NCBI GenBank assembly: GCA_964016885.1
Contig: OZ024747.1
Span: 19,344,001 to 19,408,000 of the forward strand
Direction: 5' to 3'
Source of the DNA: Eledone cirrhosa
Lineage: Eukaryota
Length of the DNA: 64,000 bases
Position numbers and translations under genes: made by a program. The notes below the pieces were generated by a model. It did no database searches, had not been told where the DNA came from, and saw only the letters and a program-made list of their open reading frames with translations. Positions 19,801 to 33,623 of this stretch are shown piece by piece; within the stretch, counting starts at the first letter, position 1, and the number at the start of each line of letters is the position of its first letter.

Positions 19801-22800
19801 ACCGTCAGAGACTACTACCAAAGACTACTGTCAGAGACTACTACCAAAGACTACTGTCAAAGACTACTACCAAAGACTACCGTCAGAGACTACTACCAAA
19901 GACTACTGTCAGAGACTACTACCAAAGACTACTGTCAAAGACTACTACCAAAGACTACAGTCAGAGACTACTACCAAAGACTACCTGTCAGAGACTACTA
20001 CCAAAGACTACTGTCAAAGACTACTACCAAAGACTACTGTCAGAGACTACTACCAAAGATACTGTCAGAGACTACTACCAAAGACTACTGTCAAGAGACT
20101 ACTACCAAAGACTACTGTCAGAGACTACTACCAAAGACTACTGTCAGAGACTACTACCAAAGACTACTGTCAGAGACTACTACCAAAGACTACTGTCAGA
20201 GACTACTACCAAAGACTACTGTCAAGACTACTACAAAGACTACTGTCAGAAGACTACTACCAAAGACTACTGTCAGAGACTACTACCAAAGACTACTGTC
20301 AGAGACTACTACCAAAGACTACTGTCAGAGACTACTACCAAAGACTACTGTCAGAGACTACTACCAAAGACTACTGTCAGAAGACTACTACCAAAGACTA
20401 CTGTCAAAGACTACTACCAAAGACTACTGTCAGAGACTACTACCAAAGACTACTGTCAGAGACTACTACCAAAGACTACTGTCAGAGACTACTACCAAAG
20501 ACTACTGTCAGAGACTACTACCAAAGACTACTGTCAAAGACTACTACCAAAGACTACTGTCAAGACTACTACCAAAGACTACTGTCAGAGACTACTACCA
20601 AAGACTACTGTCAGAGACTACTACCAAAGACTACTGTCAGAGACTACTACCAAAGACTACTGTCAAAGACTACTACCAAAGACTACTGTCAGAAGACTAC
20701 TACCAAAGACTACTGTCAGAGACTACTACCAAAGACTACCTGTCAGAGACTACTACCAAAGACTACTGTCAGAGACTACTACCAAAGACTACTGTCAAAG
20801 ACTACTACCAAAGACTACTGTCAGAGACTACTACCAAAGACTACTGTCAGAGACTACTACCAAAGACTACTGTCAAGAGACTACTACCAAAGACTACTGT
20901 CAGAGACTACTACCAAAGACTACTGTCAGAGACTACTACCAAAGACTACTGTCAGAGACTACTACCAAAGACTACTGTCAGAGACTACTACCAAAGACTA
21001 CTGTCAGAGACTACTACCAAAGACTACTGTCAGAGACTACTACCAAAGACTACTGTCAGAGACTACTACCAAAGACTACTGTCAGAGACTACTACCAAAG
21101 ACTACTGTCAAAGACTACTACCAAAGACTACTGTCAAAGACTACTACCAAAAGACTACTGTCAGAGACTACTACCAAAGACTACTGTCAGAGACTACTAC
21201 CAAAGACTACTGTCAGAGACTACTACCAAAGACTACTGTCAGAGACTACTACCAAAGACTACTGTCAAAGATACTACCAAAGACTACTGTCAAAGACTAC
21301 TACCAAAGACTACTGTCAGAGACTACTACCAAAGACTACTGTCAGAGACTACTACCAAAGACTACTGTCAGAGACTACTACCAAAGACTACTGTCAGAGA
21401 CTACTACCAAAGACTACTGTCAGAGACTACTACCAAAGACTACTGTCAGAGACTACTACCAAAGACTACTGTCAAAGACTACTACCAAAGACTACTGTCA
21501 AAGACTACTACCAAAGACTACTGTCAGAGACTACTACCCAAAGACTACTGTCAGAGACTACTACCAAAGACTACTGTCAGAGACTACTACCAAAGACTAC
21601 TGTCAAAGACTACTACCAAAGACTACTGTCAGAGACTACTACCAAAGACTACTGTCAGAGACTACTACCAAAGACTACTGTCAGAGACTACTACCAAAGA
21701 CTACTGTCAGAGACTACTACCAAAGACTACTGTCAGAGACTACTACCAAAGACTACTGTCAAAGACTACTACCAAAGACTACTGTCAAAGACTACTACCA
21801 AAGACTACTGTCAAAGACTACTACCAAAGACTACTGTCAGAGACTACTACCAAAGACTACTGTCAGAGACTACTACCAAAGACTACTGTCAGAGACTACT
21901 ACCAAAGACTACTGTCAGAGACTACTACCAAAGACTACTGTCAAAGACTACTACCAAAGACTACTGTCAGAAGACTACTACCAAAGACTACTGTCAGAGA
22001 CTACTACCAAAGACTACTGTCAGAGACTACTACCAAAGACTACTGTCAGAGACTACTACCAAAGACTACTGTCAGAGACTACTACCAAAGACTACTGTCA
22101 AAGACTACTACCAAAGACTACTGTCAAAGACTACTACCAAAGACTACTGTCAAAGACTACTACCAAAGACTACTGTCAGAGACTACTACCAAAGACTACT
22201 GTCAGAGACTACTACCAAAGACTACTGTCAGAGACTACTACCAAAGACTACTGTCAAGAGACTACTACCAAAGACTACTGTCAGAGACTACTACCAAAGA
22301 CTACTGTCAGAGACTACTACCAAAGACTACTGTCAGAGACTACTACCAAAGACTACTGTCAAAGACTACTACCAAAGACTACTGTCAGAAGACTACTACC
22401 AAAGACTACTGTCAGAGACTACTACCAAAGACTACTGTCAAAGACTACTACCAAAGACTACTGTCAAAGACTACTACCAAAGACTACTGTCAGAAGACTA
22501 CTACCAAAGACTACTGTCAAAGACTACTACCAAAGACTACTGTCAGAGACTACTACCAAAGACTACTGTCAGAGACTACTACCAAAGACTACTGTCAAGA
22601 GACTACTACCAAAGACTACTGTCAAAGACTACTACCAAAGACTACTGTCAAAGACTACTACCAAAGACTACTGTCAAAGACTACTACCAAAGACTACTGT
22701 CAAGACTACTACCAAAGACTACTGTCAGAGACTACTACCAAAGACTACTGTCAGAGACTACTACCAAAGACTACTGTCAGAGACTACTACCAAAGACTAC

Positions 22801-25800
22801 TGTCAAAGACTACTACCAAAGACTACTGTCAAAGACTACTACCAAAGACTACTGTCAGAAGACTACTACCAAAGACTACTGTCAGAGACTACTACCAAAG
22901 ACTACTGTCAGAGACTACTACCAAAGACTACTGTCAAAGACTACTACCAAAGACTACTGTCAGAGACTACTACCAAAGACTACTGTCAAAGACTACTACC
23001 AAAGACTACTGTCAGAGACTACTACCAAAGACTAACCTGTCAGAAGACTACTGTCAAAGACTACTGTCAGAGACTACTACCAAAGACTACTGTCAGAGAC
23101 TACTACCAAAGACTACTGTCAGAGACTACTACCAAAGACTACTGTCAGAGACTACTACCAAAGACTACTGTCAGAGACTACTACCAAAGACTACTGTCAG
23201 AGACTACTACCAAAGACTACTGTCAGAGACTACTACCAAAAGACTACTGTCAGAGACTACTACCAAAGACTACTGTCAAAGACTACTACCAAAGACTACT
23301 GTCAAAGACTGCTACCAAAGACTACCGTCAGAGACTACTACCAAAGACTACTGTCAAAGACTACTACCAAAGACTACCGTCAGAGACTACTACCAAAGAC
23401 TACTGTCAGAGACTACTACCAAAGACTACCTTCAGAGACTACTACCAAAGACTACTGTCAAAGACTACTACCAAAGACTACTGTCAAAGACTACTACCAA
23501 AGACTACCGTCAGAGACTACTACCAAAGACTACTGTCAGAGACTACTACCAAAGACTACTGTCAAAGACTACTACCAAAGACTACCGTCAGAGACTACTA
23601 CCAAAGACTACTGTCAGAGACTACTACCAAAGACTACTGTCAAAGACTACTACCAAAGATTACCAGTCAGAGACTACTACCAAAGACTACTGTCAGAGAC
23701 TACTACCAAGACTACTGTCAAAGACTACTACCAAAGACTACTGTTAGAGACTACTACCAAAGACTACCTTCAGAGACTACTACGAAAGACTACTGTCAAA
23801 GACTACTACCAAAGACTACTGTCAGAGACTACTACCAAAGACTACTGTCAGAGACTACTACCAAAGACTACTGTCAGAGACTACTACCAAAGACTACTGT
23901 CAGAAGACTACTACCAAAGACTACTGTCAAAGACTACTACCAAAGACTACCTGTCAGAAGACTACTACCAAAGACTACTGTCAGAGACTACTACCAAAGA
24001 CTACTGTCAAAGACTACTACCAAAGACTACTGTCAGAAGACTACTACCAAAGACTACCGTCAGAGACTACTACCAAAGACTACTGTCAGAGACTACTACC
24101 AAAGACTACTGTCAAAGACTACTACCAAAGACTACTGTCAAAGACTACTACCAAAGACTACTGTCAAAGACTACTACCAAAGACTACCTGTCAGAGACTA
24201 CTACCAAAGACTACTGTCAGAGACTACTACCAAAGACTACCTGTCAGAGACTACTACCAAAGACTACTGTCAAAGACTACTACCAAGACTACTGTCAAAG
24301 ACTACTACCAAAGACTACTGTCAGAGACTACTACCAAAGACTACTGTCAAAGACTACTACCAAAGACTACTGTCAGAGACTACTACCAAAGACTACTGTC
24401 AGAGACTACTACCAAAGACTACTGTCAAAGACTACTACCAAAGACTACTGTCAGAGACTACTACCAAAGACTACTGTCAGAGACTACTACCAAGACTACT
24501 GTCAGAGACTACTACCAAAGACTACTGTCAGAGACTACTACCAAAGACTACTGTCAAAGACTACTACCAAAGACTACTGTCAAAGACTACTACCAAAGAC
24601 TACTGTCAGAGACTACTACCAAAGACTACTGTCAGAGACTACTACCAAAGACTACTGTCAGAGACTACTACCAAAGACTACTGTCAGAGACTACTACCAA
24701 AGACTACTGTCAGAGACTACTACCAAAGACTACTGTCAAAGACTACTACCAAAGACTACTGTCAAAGACTACTACCAAAGACTACTGTCAAAGACTACTA
24801 CCAAAGACTACTGTCAAAGACTACTACCAAAGACTACTGTCAGAGACTACTACCAAAGACTACTGTCAGAGACTACTACCAAAGACTACTGTCAGAGACT
24901 ACTACCAAAGACTACTGTCAAAGACTACTACCAAAGACTACTGTCAAAGACTACTACCAAAGACTACTGTCAGAGACTACTACCAAAGACTACTGTCAGA
25001 GACTACTACCAAAGACTACTGTCAGAGACTACTACCAAAGACTACTGTCAAAGACTACTACCAAAGACTACTGTCAGAGACTACTACCAAAGACTACTGT
25101 CAGAGACTACTACCAAAGACTACTGTCAGAGACTACTACCAAAGATTACTGTCAGAGACTACTACCAAAGACTACTGTCAAAGACTACTACCAAAGACTA
25201 CTGTCAAAGACTGCTACCAAAGACTACCGTCAGAGACTACTACCAAAGACTACTGTCAAAGACTACTACCAAAGACTACCGTCAGAGACTACTACCAAAG
25301 ACTACTGTCAGAGACTACTACCAAAGACTACCTTCAGAGACTACTACCAAAGACTACTGTCAAAGACTACTACCAAAGACTACTGTCAAAGACTACTACC
25401 AAAGACTACCGTCAGAGACTACTACCAAAGACTACTGTCAGAGACTACTACCAAAGACTACTGTCAAAGACTACTACCAAAGACTACCGTCAGAGACTAC
25501 TACCAAAGACTACTGTCAGAGACTACTACCAAAGACTACTGTCAAAGACTACTACCAAAGACTACCATCAGAGACTACTACCAAAGACTACTGTCAGAGA
25601 CTACTACCAAAGACTACTGTCAAAGACTACTACCAAAGACTACTGTTAGAGACTACTACCAAAGACTACCTTCAGAGACTACTACGAAAGACTACTGTCA
25701 AAGACTACTACCAAAGACTACTGTCAGAGACTACTACCAAAGACTACTGTCAGAGACTACTACCAAAGACTACTGTCAGAGACTACTACCAAAGACTACT

Positions 25801-28800
25801 GTCAAAGACTACTACCAAAGACTACTGTCAAAGACTACTACCAAAGACTACCGTCAGAAACTACTACCAAAGACTACTGTCAGAGACTACTACCAAAGAC
25901 TACTGTCAAAGACTACTACCAAAGACTACTGTCAAAGACTACTACCAAAGACTACCGTCAGAGACTACTACCAAAGACTACTGTCAGAGACTACTACCAA
26001 AGACTACTGTCAAAGACTACTACCAAAGACTACTGTCAAAGACTACTACCAAAGACTACTGTCAAAGACTACTACCAAAGACTACCGTCAGAGACTACTA
26101 CCAAAGACTACTGTCAGAGACTACTACCAAAGACTACCTTCAGAGACTACTACCAAAGACTACTGTCAAAGACTACTACCAAAGACTACTGTCAAAGACT
26201 ACTACCAAAGACTACTGTCAGAGACTACTACCAAAGACTACTGTCAAAGACTACTACCAAAGACTACTGTCAGAGACTACTACCAAAGACTACTGTCAGA
26301 GACTACTACCAAAGACTACTGTCAAAGACTACTACCAAAGACTACTGTCAGAGACTACTACCAAAGACTACTGTCAGAGACTACTACCAAAGACTAGTGT
26401 CAGAGACTACTACCAAAGACTACTGTCAGAGACTACTACCAAAGACTACTGTCAAAGACTACTACCAAAGACTACTGTCAAAGACTACTACCAAAGACTA
26501 CTGTCAGAGACTACTACCAAAGACTACTGTCAGAGACTACTACCAAAGACTACTGTCAGAGACTACTACCAAAGACTACTGTCAGAGACTACTACCAAAG
26601 ACTACTGTCAGAGACTACTACCAAAGCCTACTGTCAAAGACTACTACCAAAGACTACTGTCAAAGACTACTACCAAAGACTACTGTCAAAGACTACTACC
26701 AAAGACTACTGTCAAAGACTACTACCAAAGACTACTGTCAGAGACTACTACCAAAGACTACTGTCAGAGACTACTACCAAAGACTACTGTCAGAGTCTAC
26801 TACCAAAGACTACTGTCAAAGACTACTACCAAAGACTACTGTCAAAGACTACTACCAAAGACTACTGTCAGAGACTACTACCAAAGACTACTGTCAGAGA
26901 CTACTACCAAAGACTACTGTCAGAGACTACTACCAAAGACTACTGTCAAAGACTACTACCAAAGACTACTGTCAGAGACTACTACCAAAGACTACTGTCA
27001 GAGACTACTACCAAAGACTACTGTCAGAGACTACTACCAAAGACTACTGTCAGAGACTACTACCAAAGACTACTGTCAGAGACTACTACCAAAGACTACT
27101 GTCAAAGACTACTACCAAAGACTACTGTCAAAGACTACTACCAAAGACTACTGTCAAAGACTACTACCAAAGACTACTGTCAAAGACTACTACCAAAGAC
27201 TACTGTCAGAGACTACTACCAAAGACTACTGTCAGAGACTACTACCAAAGACTACTGTCAGAGACTACTACCAAAGACTACTGTCAAAGACTACTACCAA
27301 AGACTACTGTCAAAGACTACTACCAAAGACTACTGTCAGAGACTACTACCAAAGACTACTGTCAGAGACTACTACCAAAGACTACTGTCAGAGACTACTA
27401 CCAAAGACTACTGTCAGAGACTACTGCCAAAGACTACTGTCAGAGACTACTACCAAAGACTACTGTCAGAGACTACTACCAAAGACTACTGTCAAAGACT
27501 ACTACCAAAGACTACTGTCAGAGACTACTACCAAAGACTACTGTCAGAGACTACTACCAAAGACTACTGTCAGAGACTACTACCAAAGACTACTGTCAAA
27601 GACTACTACCAAAGACTACTGTCAAAGACTACTACCAAAGACTACTCTCAGAGACTACTACCAAAGACTACTGTCAGAGACTACTACCAAAGACTACTGT
27701 CAAAGACTACTACCAAAGACTACTGTCAAAGACTACTACCAAAGACTACTGTCAGAGACTACTACCAAAGACTACTGTCAAAGACTACTACCAAAGACTA
27801 CTGTCAAAGACTACTACCAAAGACTACTGTCAAAGACTACTACCAAAGACTACTGTCAAAGACTACTACCAAAGACTACTGTCAGAGACTACTACCAAAG
27901 ACTACTGTCAGAGACTACTACCAAAGACTACTGTCAGAGACTACTACCAAAGACTACTGTCAAAGACTACTACCAAAGACTACTGTCAAAGACTACTACC
28001 AAAGACTACTGTCAGAGACTACTACCAAAGACTACTGTCAGAGACTACTACCAAAGACTACTGTCAGAGACTACTACCAAAGACTACTGTCAAAGACTAC
28101 TACCAAAGACTACTGTCAGAGACTACTACCACAGACTACTGTCAAAGACTACTACCAAAGACTACTGTCAGAGACTACTACCAAAGACTACCTTCAGAGA
28201 CTACTGTCAAAGACTACTGTCAGAGACTACTACCAAAGACTACTGTCAGAGACTACTACCAAAGACTACTGTCAGAGACTACTACCAAAGACTACTGTCA
28301 GAGACTACTACCAAAGACTACTGTCAGAGACTACTACCAAAGACTACTGTCAGAGACTACTACCAAAGACTACTGTCAGAGACTACTACCAAAGACTACT
28401 GTCAGAGACTACTACCAAAGACTACTGTCAAAGACTACTACCAAAGACTACTGTCAAAGACTGCTACCAAAGACTACCGTCAGAGACTACTACCAAAGAC
28501 TACTGTCAAAGACTACTACCAAAGACTACCGTCAGAGACTACTACCAAAGACTACTGTCAGAGACTACTACCAAAGACTACCTTCAGAGACTATTACCAA
28601 AGACTACTGTCAAAGACTACTACCAAAGACTACTGTCAAAGACTACTACCAAAGACTACCGTCAGAGACTACTACCAAAGACTACTGTCAGAGACTACTA
28701 CCAAAGACTACTGTCAAAGACTACTACCAAAGACTACCGTCAGAGACTACTACCAAAGACTACTGTCAGAGACTACTACCAAAGACTACTGTCAAAGACT

Positions 28801-31800
28801 ACTACCAAAGACTACCATCAGAGACTACTACCAAAGACTACTGTCAGAGACTACTACCAAAGACTACTGTCAAAGACTACTACCAAAGACTACTGTTAGA
28901 GACTACTACCAAAGACTACCTTCAGAGACTACTACGAAAGACTACTGTCAAAGACTACTACCAAAGACTACTGTCAGAGACTACTACCAAAGACTACTGT
29001 CAGAGACTACTACCAAAGACTACTGTCAGAGACTACTACCAAAGACTACTGTCAAAGACTACTACCAAAGACTACTGTCAAAGACTACTACCAAAGACTA
29101 CCGTCAGAAACTACTACCAAAGACTACTGTCAGAGACTACTACCAAAGACTACTGTCAAAGACTACTACCAAAGACTACTGTCAAAGACTACTACCAAAG
29201 ACTACCGTCAGAGACTACTACCAAAGACTACTGTCAGAGACTACTACCAAAGACTACTGTCAAAGACTACTACCAAAGACTACTGTCAAAGACTACTACC
29301 AAAGACTACTGTCAAAGACTACTACCAAAGACTACCGTCAGAGACTACTACCAAAGACTACTGTCAGAGACTACTACCAAAGACTACCTTCAGAGACTAC
29401 TACCAAAGACTACTGTCAAAGACTACTACCAAAGACTACTGTCAAAGACTACTACCAAAGACTACTGTCAGAGACTACTACCAAAGACTACTGTCAAAGA
29501 CTACTACCAAAGACTACTGTCAGAGACTACTACCAAAGACTACTGTCAGAGACTACTACCAAAGACTACTGTCAAAGACTACTACCAAAGACTACTGTCA
29601 GAGACTACTACCAAAGACTACTGTCAGAGACTACTACCAAAGACTACTGTCAAAGACTACTACCAAAGACTACTGTCAAAGACTACTACCAAAGACTACT
29701 GTCAAAGACTACTACCAAAGACTACCGTCAGAGACTACTACCAAAGACTACTGTCAGAGACTACTACCAAAGACTACCTTCAGAGACTACTACCAAAGAC
29801 TACTGTCAAAGACTACTACCAAAGACTACTGTCAAAGACTACTACCAAAGACTACTGTCAGAGACTACTACCAAAGACTACTGTCAAAGACTACTACCAA
29901 AGACTACTGTCAGAGACTACTACCAAAGACTACTGTCAGAGACTACTACCAAAGACTACTGTCAAAGACTACTACCAAAGACTACTGTCAGAGACTACTA
30001 CCAAAGACTACTGTCAGAGACTACTACCAAAGACTACTGTCAGAGACTACTACCAAAGACTACTGTCAAAGACTACTACCAAAGACTACTGTCAGAGACT
30101 ACTACCAAAGACTACTGTCAGAGACTACTACCAAAGACTACTGTCAGAGACTACTACCAAAGACTACTGTCAGAGACTACTACCAAAGACTACCTTCAGA
30201 GACTACTACCAAAGACTACTGTCAAAGACTACTACCAAAGACTACTGTCAAAGACTACTACCAAAGACTACTGTCAGAGGCTACTACCAAAGACTACTGT
30301 CAGAGACTACTACCAAAGACTACTGTCAAAGACTACTACCAAAGACTACTGTCAGAGACTACTACCAAAGACTACTGTCAAAGACTACTACCAAAGACTA
30401 CTGTCAAAGACTACTACCAAAGACTACTGTCAGAGACTACTACCAAAGACTACTGTCAGAGACTACTACCAAAGACTACTGTCAGAGACTACTACCAAAG
30501 ACTACTGTCAAAGACTACTACCAAAGACTACTGTCAAAGACTACTACCAAAGACTACTGTCAAAGACTACTACCAAAGACTACTGTCAAAGACTACTACC
30601 AAAGACTACTGTCAGAGACTACTACCAAAGACTACTGTCAGAGACTACTACCAAAGACTACTGTCAGAGACTACTACCAAAGACTACTGTCAAAGACTAC
30701 TACCAAAGACTACTGTCAAAGACTACTACCAAAGACTACTGTCAGAGACTACTACCAAAGACTACTGTCAGAGACTACTACCAAAGACTACTGTCAGAGA
30801 CTACTACCAAAGACTACTGTCAGAGACTACTACCAAAGACTACTGTCAGAGACTACTACCACAGACTACTGTCAAAGACTACTACCAAAGACTACTGTCA
30901 GAGACTACTACCAAAGACTACCTTCAGAGACTACTGTCAAAGACTACTGTCAGAGACTACTACCAAAGACTACTGTCAGAGACTACTACCAAAGACTACT
31001 GTCAGAGACTACTACCAAAGACTACTGTCAGAGACTACTACCAAAGACTACTGTCAGAGACTACTACCAAAGACTACTGTCAGAGACTACTACCAAAGAC
31101 TACTGTCAGAGACTACTACCAAAGACTACTGTCAGAGACTACTACCAAAGACTACTGTCAAAGACTACTACCAAAGACTACTGTCAAAGACTGCTACCAA
31201 AGACTACCGTCAGAGACTACTACCAAAGACTACTGTCAAAGACTACTACCAAAGACTACCGTCAGAGACTACTACCAAAGACTACTGTCAGAGACTACTA
31301 CCAAAGACTACCTTCAGAGACTACTACCAAAGACTACTGTCAAAGACTACTACCAAAGACTACTGTCAAAGACTACTACCAAAGACTACCGTCAGAGACT
31401 ACTACCAAAGACTACTGTCAGAGACTACTACCAAAGACTACTGTCAAAGACTACTACCAAAGACTACCGTCAGAGACTACTACCAAAGACTACTGTCAGA
31501 GACTACTACCAAAGACTACTGTCAAAGACTACTACCAAAGACTACCATCAGAGACTACTACCAAAGACTACTGTCAGAGACTACTACCAAAGACTACTGT
31601 CAAAGACTACTACCAAAGACTACTGTTAGAGACTACTACCAAAGACTACCTTCAGAGACTACTACGAAAGACTACTGTCAAAGACTACTACCAAAGACTA
31701 CTGTCAGAGACTACTACCAAAGACTACTGTCAGAGACTACTACCAAAGACTACTGTCAGAGACTACTACCAAAGACTACTGTCAAAGACTACTACCAAAG

Positions 31801-33617
31801 ACTACTGTCAAAGACTACTACCAAAGACTACCGTCAGAAACTACTACCAAAGACTACTGTCAGAGACTACTACCAAAGACTACTGTCAAAGACTACTACC
31901 AAAGACTACTGTCAAAGACTACTACCAAAGACTACCGTCAGAGACTACTACCAAAGACTACTGTCAGAGACTACTACCAAAGACTACTGTCAAAGACTAC
32001 TACCAAAGACTACTGTCAAAGACTACTACCAAAGACTACTGTCAAAGACTACTACCAAAGACTACCGTCAGAGACTACTACCAAAGACTACTGTCAGAGA
32101 CTACTACCAAAGACTACCTTCAGAGACTACTACCAAAGACTACTGTCAAAGACTACTACCAAAGACTACTGTCAAAGACTACTACCAAAGACTACTGTCA
32201 GAGACTACTACCAAAGACTACTGTCAAAGACTACTACCAAAGACTACTGTCAGAGACTACTACCAAAGACTACTGTCAGAGACTACTACCAAAGACTACT
32301 GTCAAAGACTACTACCAAAGACTACTGTCAGAGACTACTACCAAAGACTACTGTCAGAGACTACTACCAAAGACTACTGTCAAAGACTACTACCAAAGAC
32401 TACTGTCAAAGACTACTACCAAAGACTACTGTCAAAGACTACTACCAAAGACTACCGTCAGAGACTACTACCAAAGACTACTGTCAGAGACTACTACCAA
32501 AGACTACCTTCAGAGACTACTACCAAAGACTACTGTCAAAGACTACTACCAAAGACTACTGTCAAAGACTACTACCAAAGACTACTGTCAGAGACTACTA
32601 CCAAAGACTACTGTCAAAGACTACTACCAAAGACTACTGTCAGAGACTACTACCAAAGACTACTGTCAGAGACTACTACCAAAGACTACTGTCAAAGACT
32701 ACTACCAAAGACTACTGTCAGAGACTACTACCAAAGACTACTGTCAGAGACTACTACCAAAGACTACTGTCAGAGACTACTACCAAAGACTACTGTCAAA
32801 GACTACTACCAAAGACTACTGTCAGAGACTACTACCAAAGACTACTGTCAGAGACTACTACCAAAGACTACTGTCAGAGACTACTACCAAAGACTACTGT
32901 CAGAGACTACTACCAAAGACTACCTTCAGAGACTACTACCAAAGACTACTGTCAAAGACTACTACCAAAGACTACTGTCAAAGACTACTACCAAAGACTA
33001 CTGTCAGAGGCTACTACCAAAGACTACTGTCAGAGACTACTACCAAAGACTACTGTCAAAGACTACTACCAAAGACTACTGTCAGAGACTACTACCAAAG
33101 ACTACTGTCAAAGACTACTACCAAAGACTACTGTCAGAGACTACTACCAAAGACTACTGTCAGAGACTACTACCAAAGACTACTGTCAGAGACTACTACC
33201 AAAGACTACTGTCAGAGACTACTACCAAAGACTACTGTTAAAGACTACTACCAAAGACTACTCTCAGAGACTACTACCAAAGACTACTGTCAGAGACTAC
33301 TACTAAAGACTACTGTCAGAGACTACTACCAAAGACTACTGTCAGAGACTACTACCAAAGACTACTGTCAGAGACTACTACCAAAGACTACTGTCAGAGA
33401 CTACTACCAAAGACTACTGTCAGAGACTACTACCAAAGACTTCTGTCAGAGACTACTACCAAAGACTACTGTCAGAGACTACTACCAAAGACTACTGTCA
33501 GAGACTATTACCAAAGACTACTGTGAAAGACTACTAACAAAGACTACTGTCAGAGACTACTACCAAAGGCTACTGTCAGAGACTACTACCAAAGACTACT
33601 GTCAGAGACTACTACCA
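13810..33617. repeat. 26-bp satellite (GACTACTACCAAA GACTACTGTCARA), roughly 760 units, with higher-order repeats
   Basis: Two related 13-bp halves; the 26-aa periodic translation spans 3 units; variant units recur at 2730-bp spacing. Confidence 0.97.
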
Positions 33618-33623
33618 GGGACT

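Noticed and set aside
13810-33617. CRISPR array or telomeric repeat
   Set aside because: No unique spacers, no cas genes, eukaryotic context; the unit is not TTAGGG-like and the array is internal
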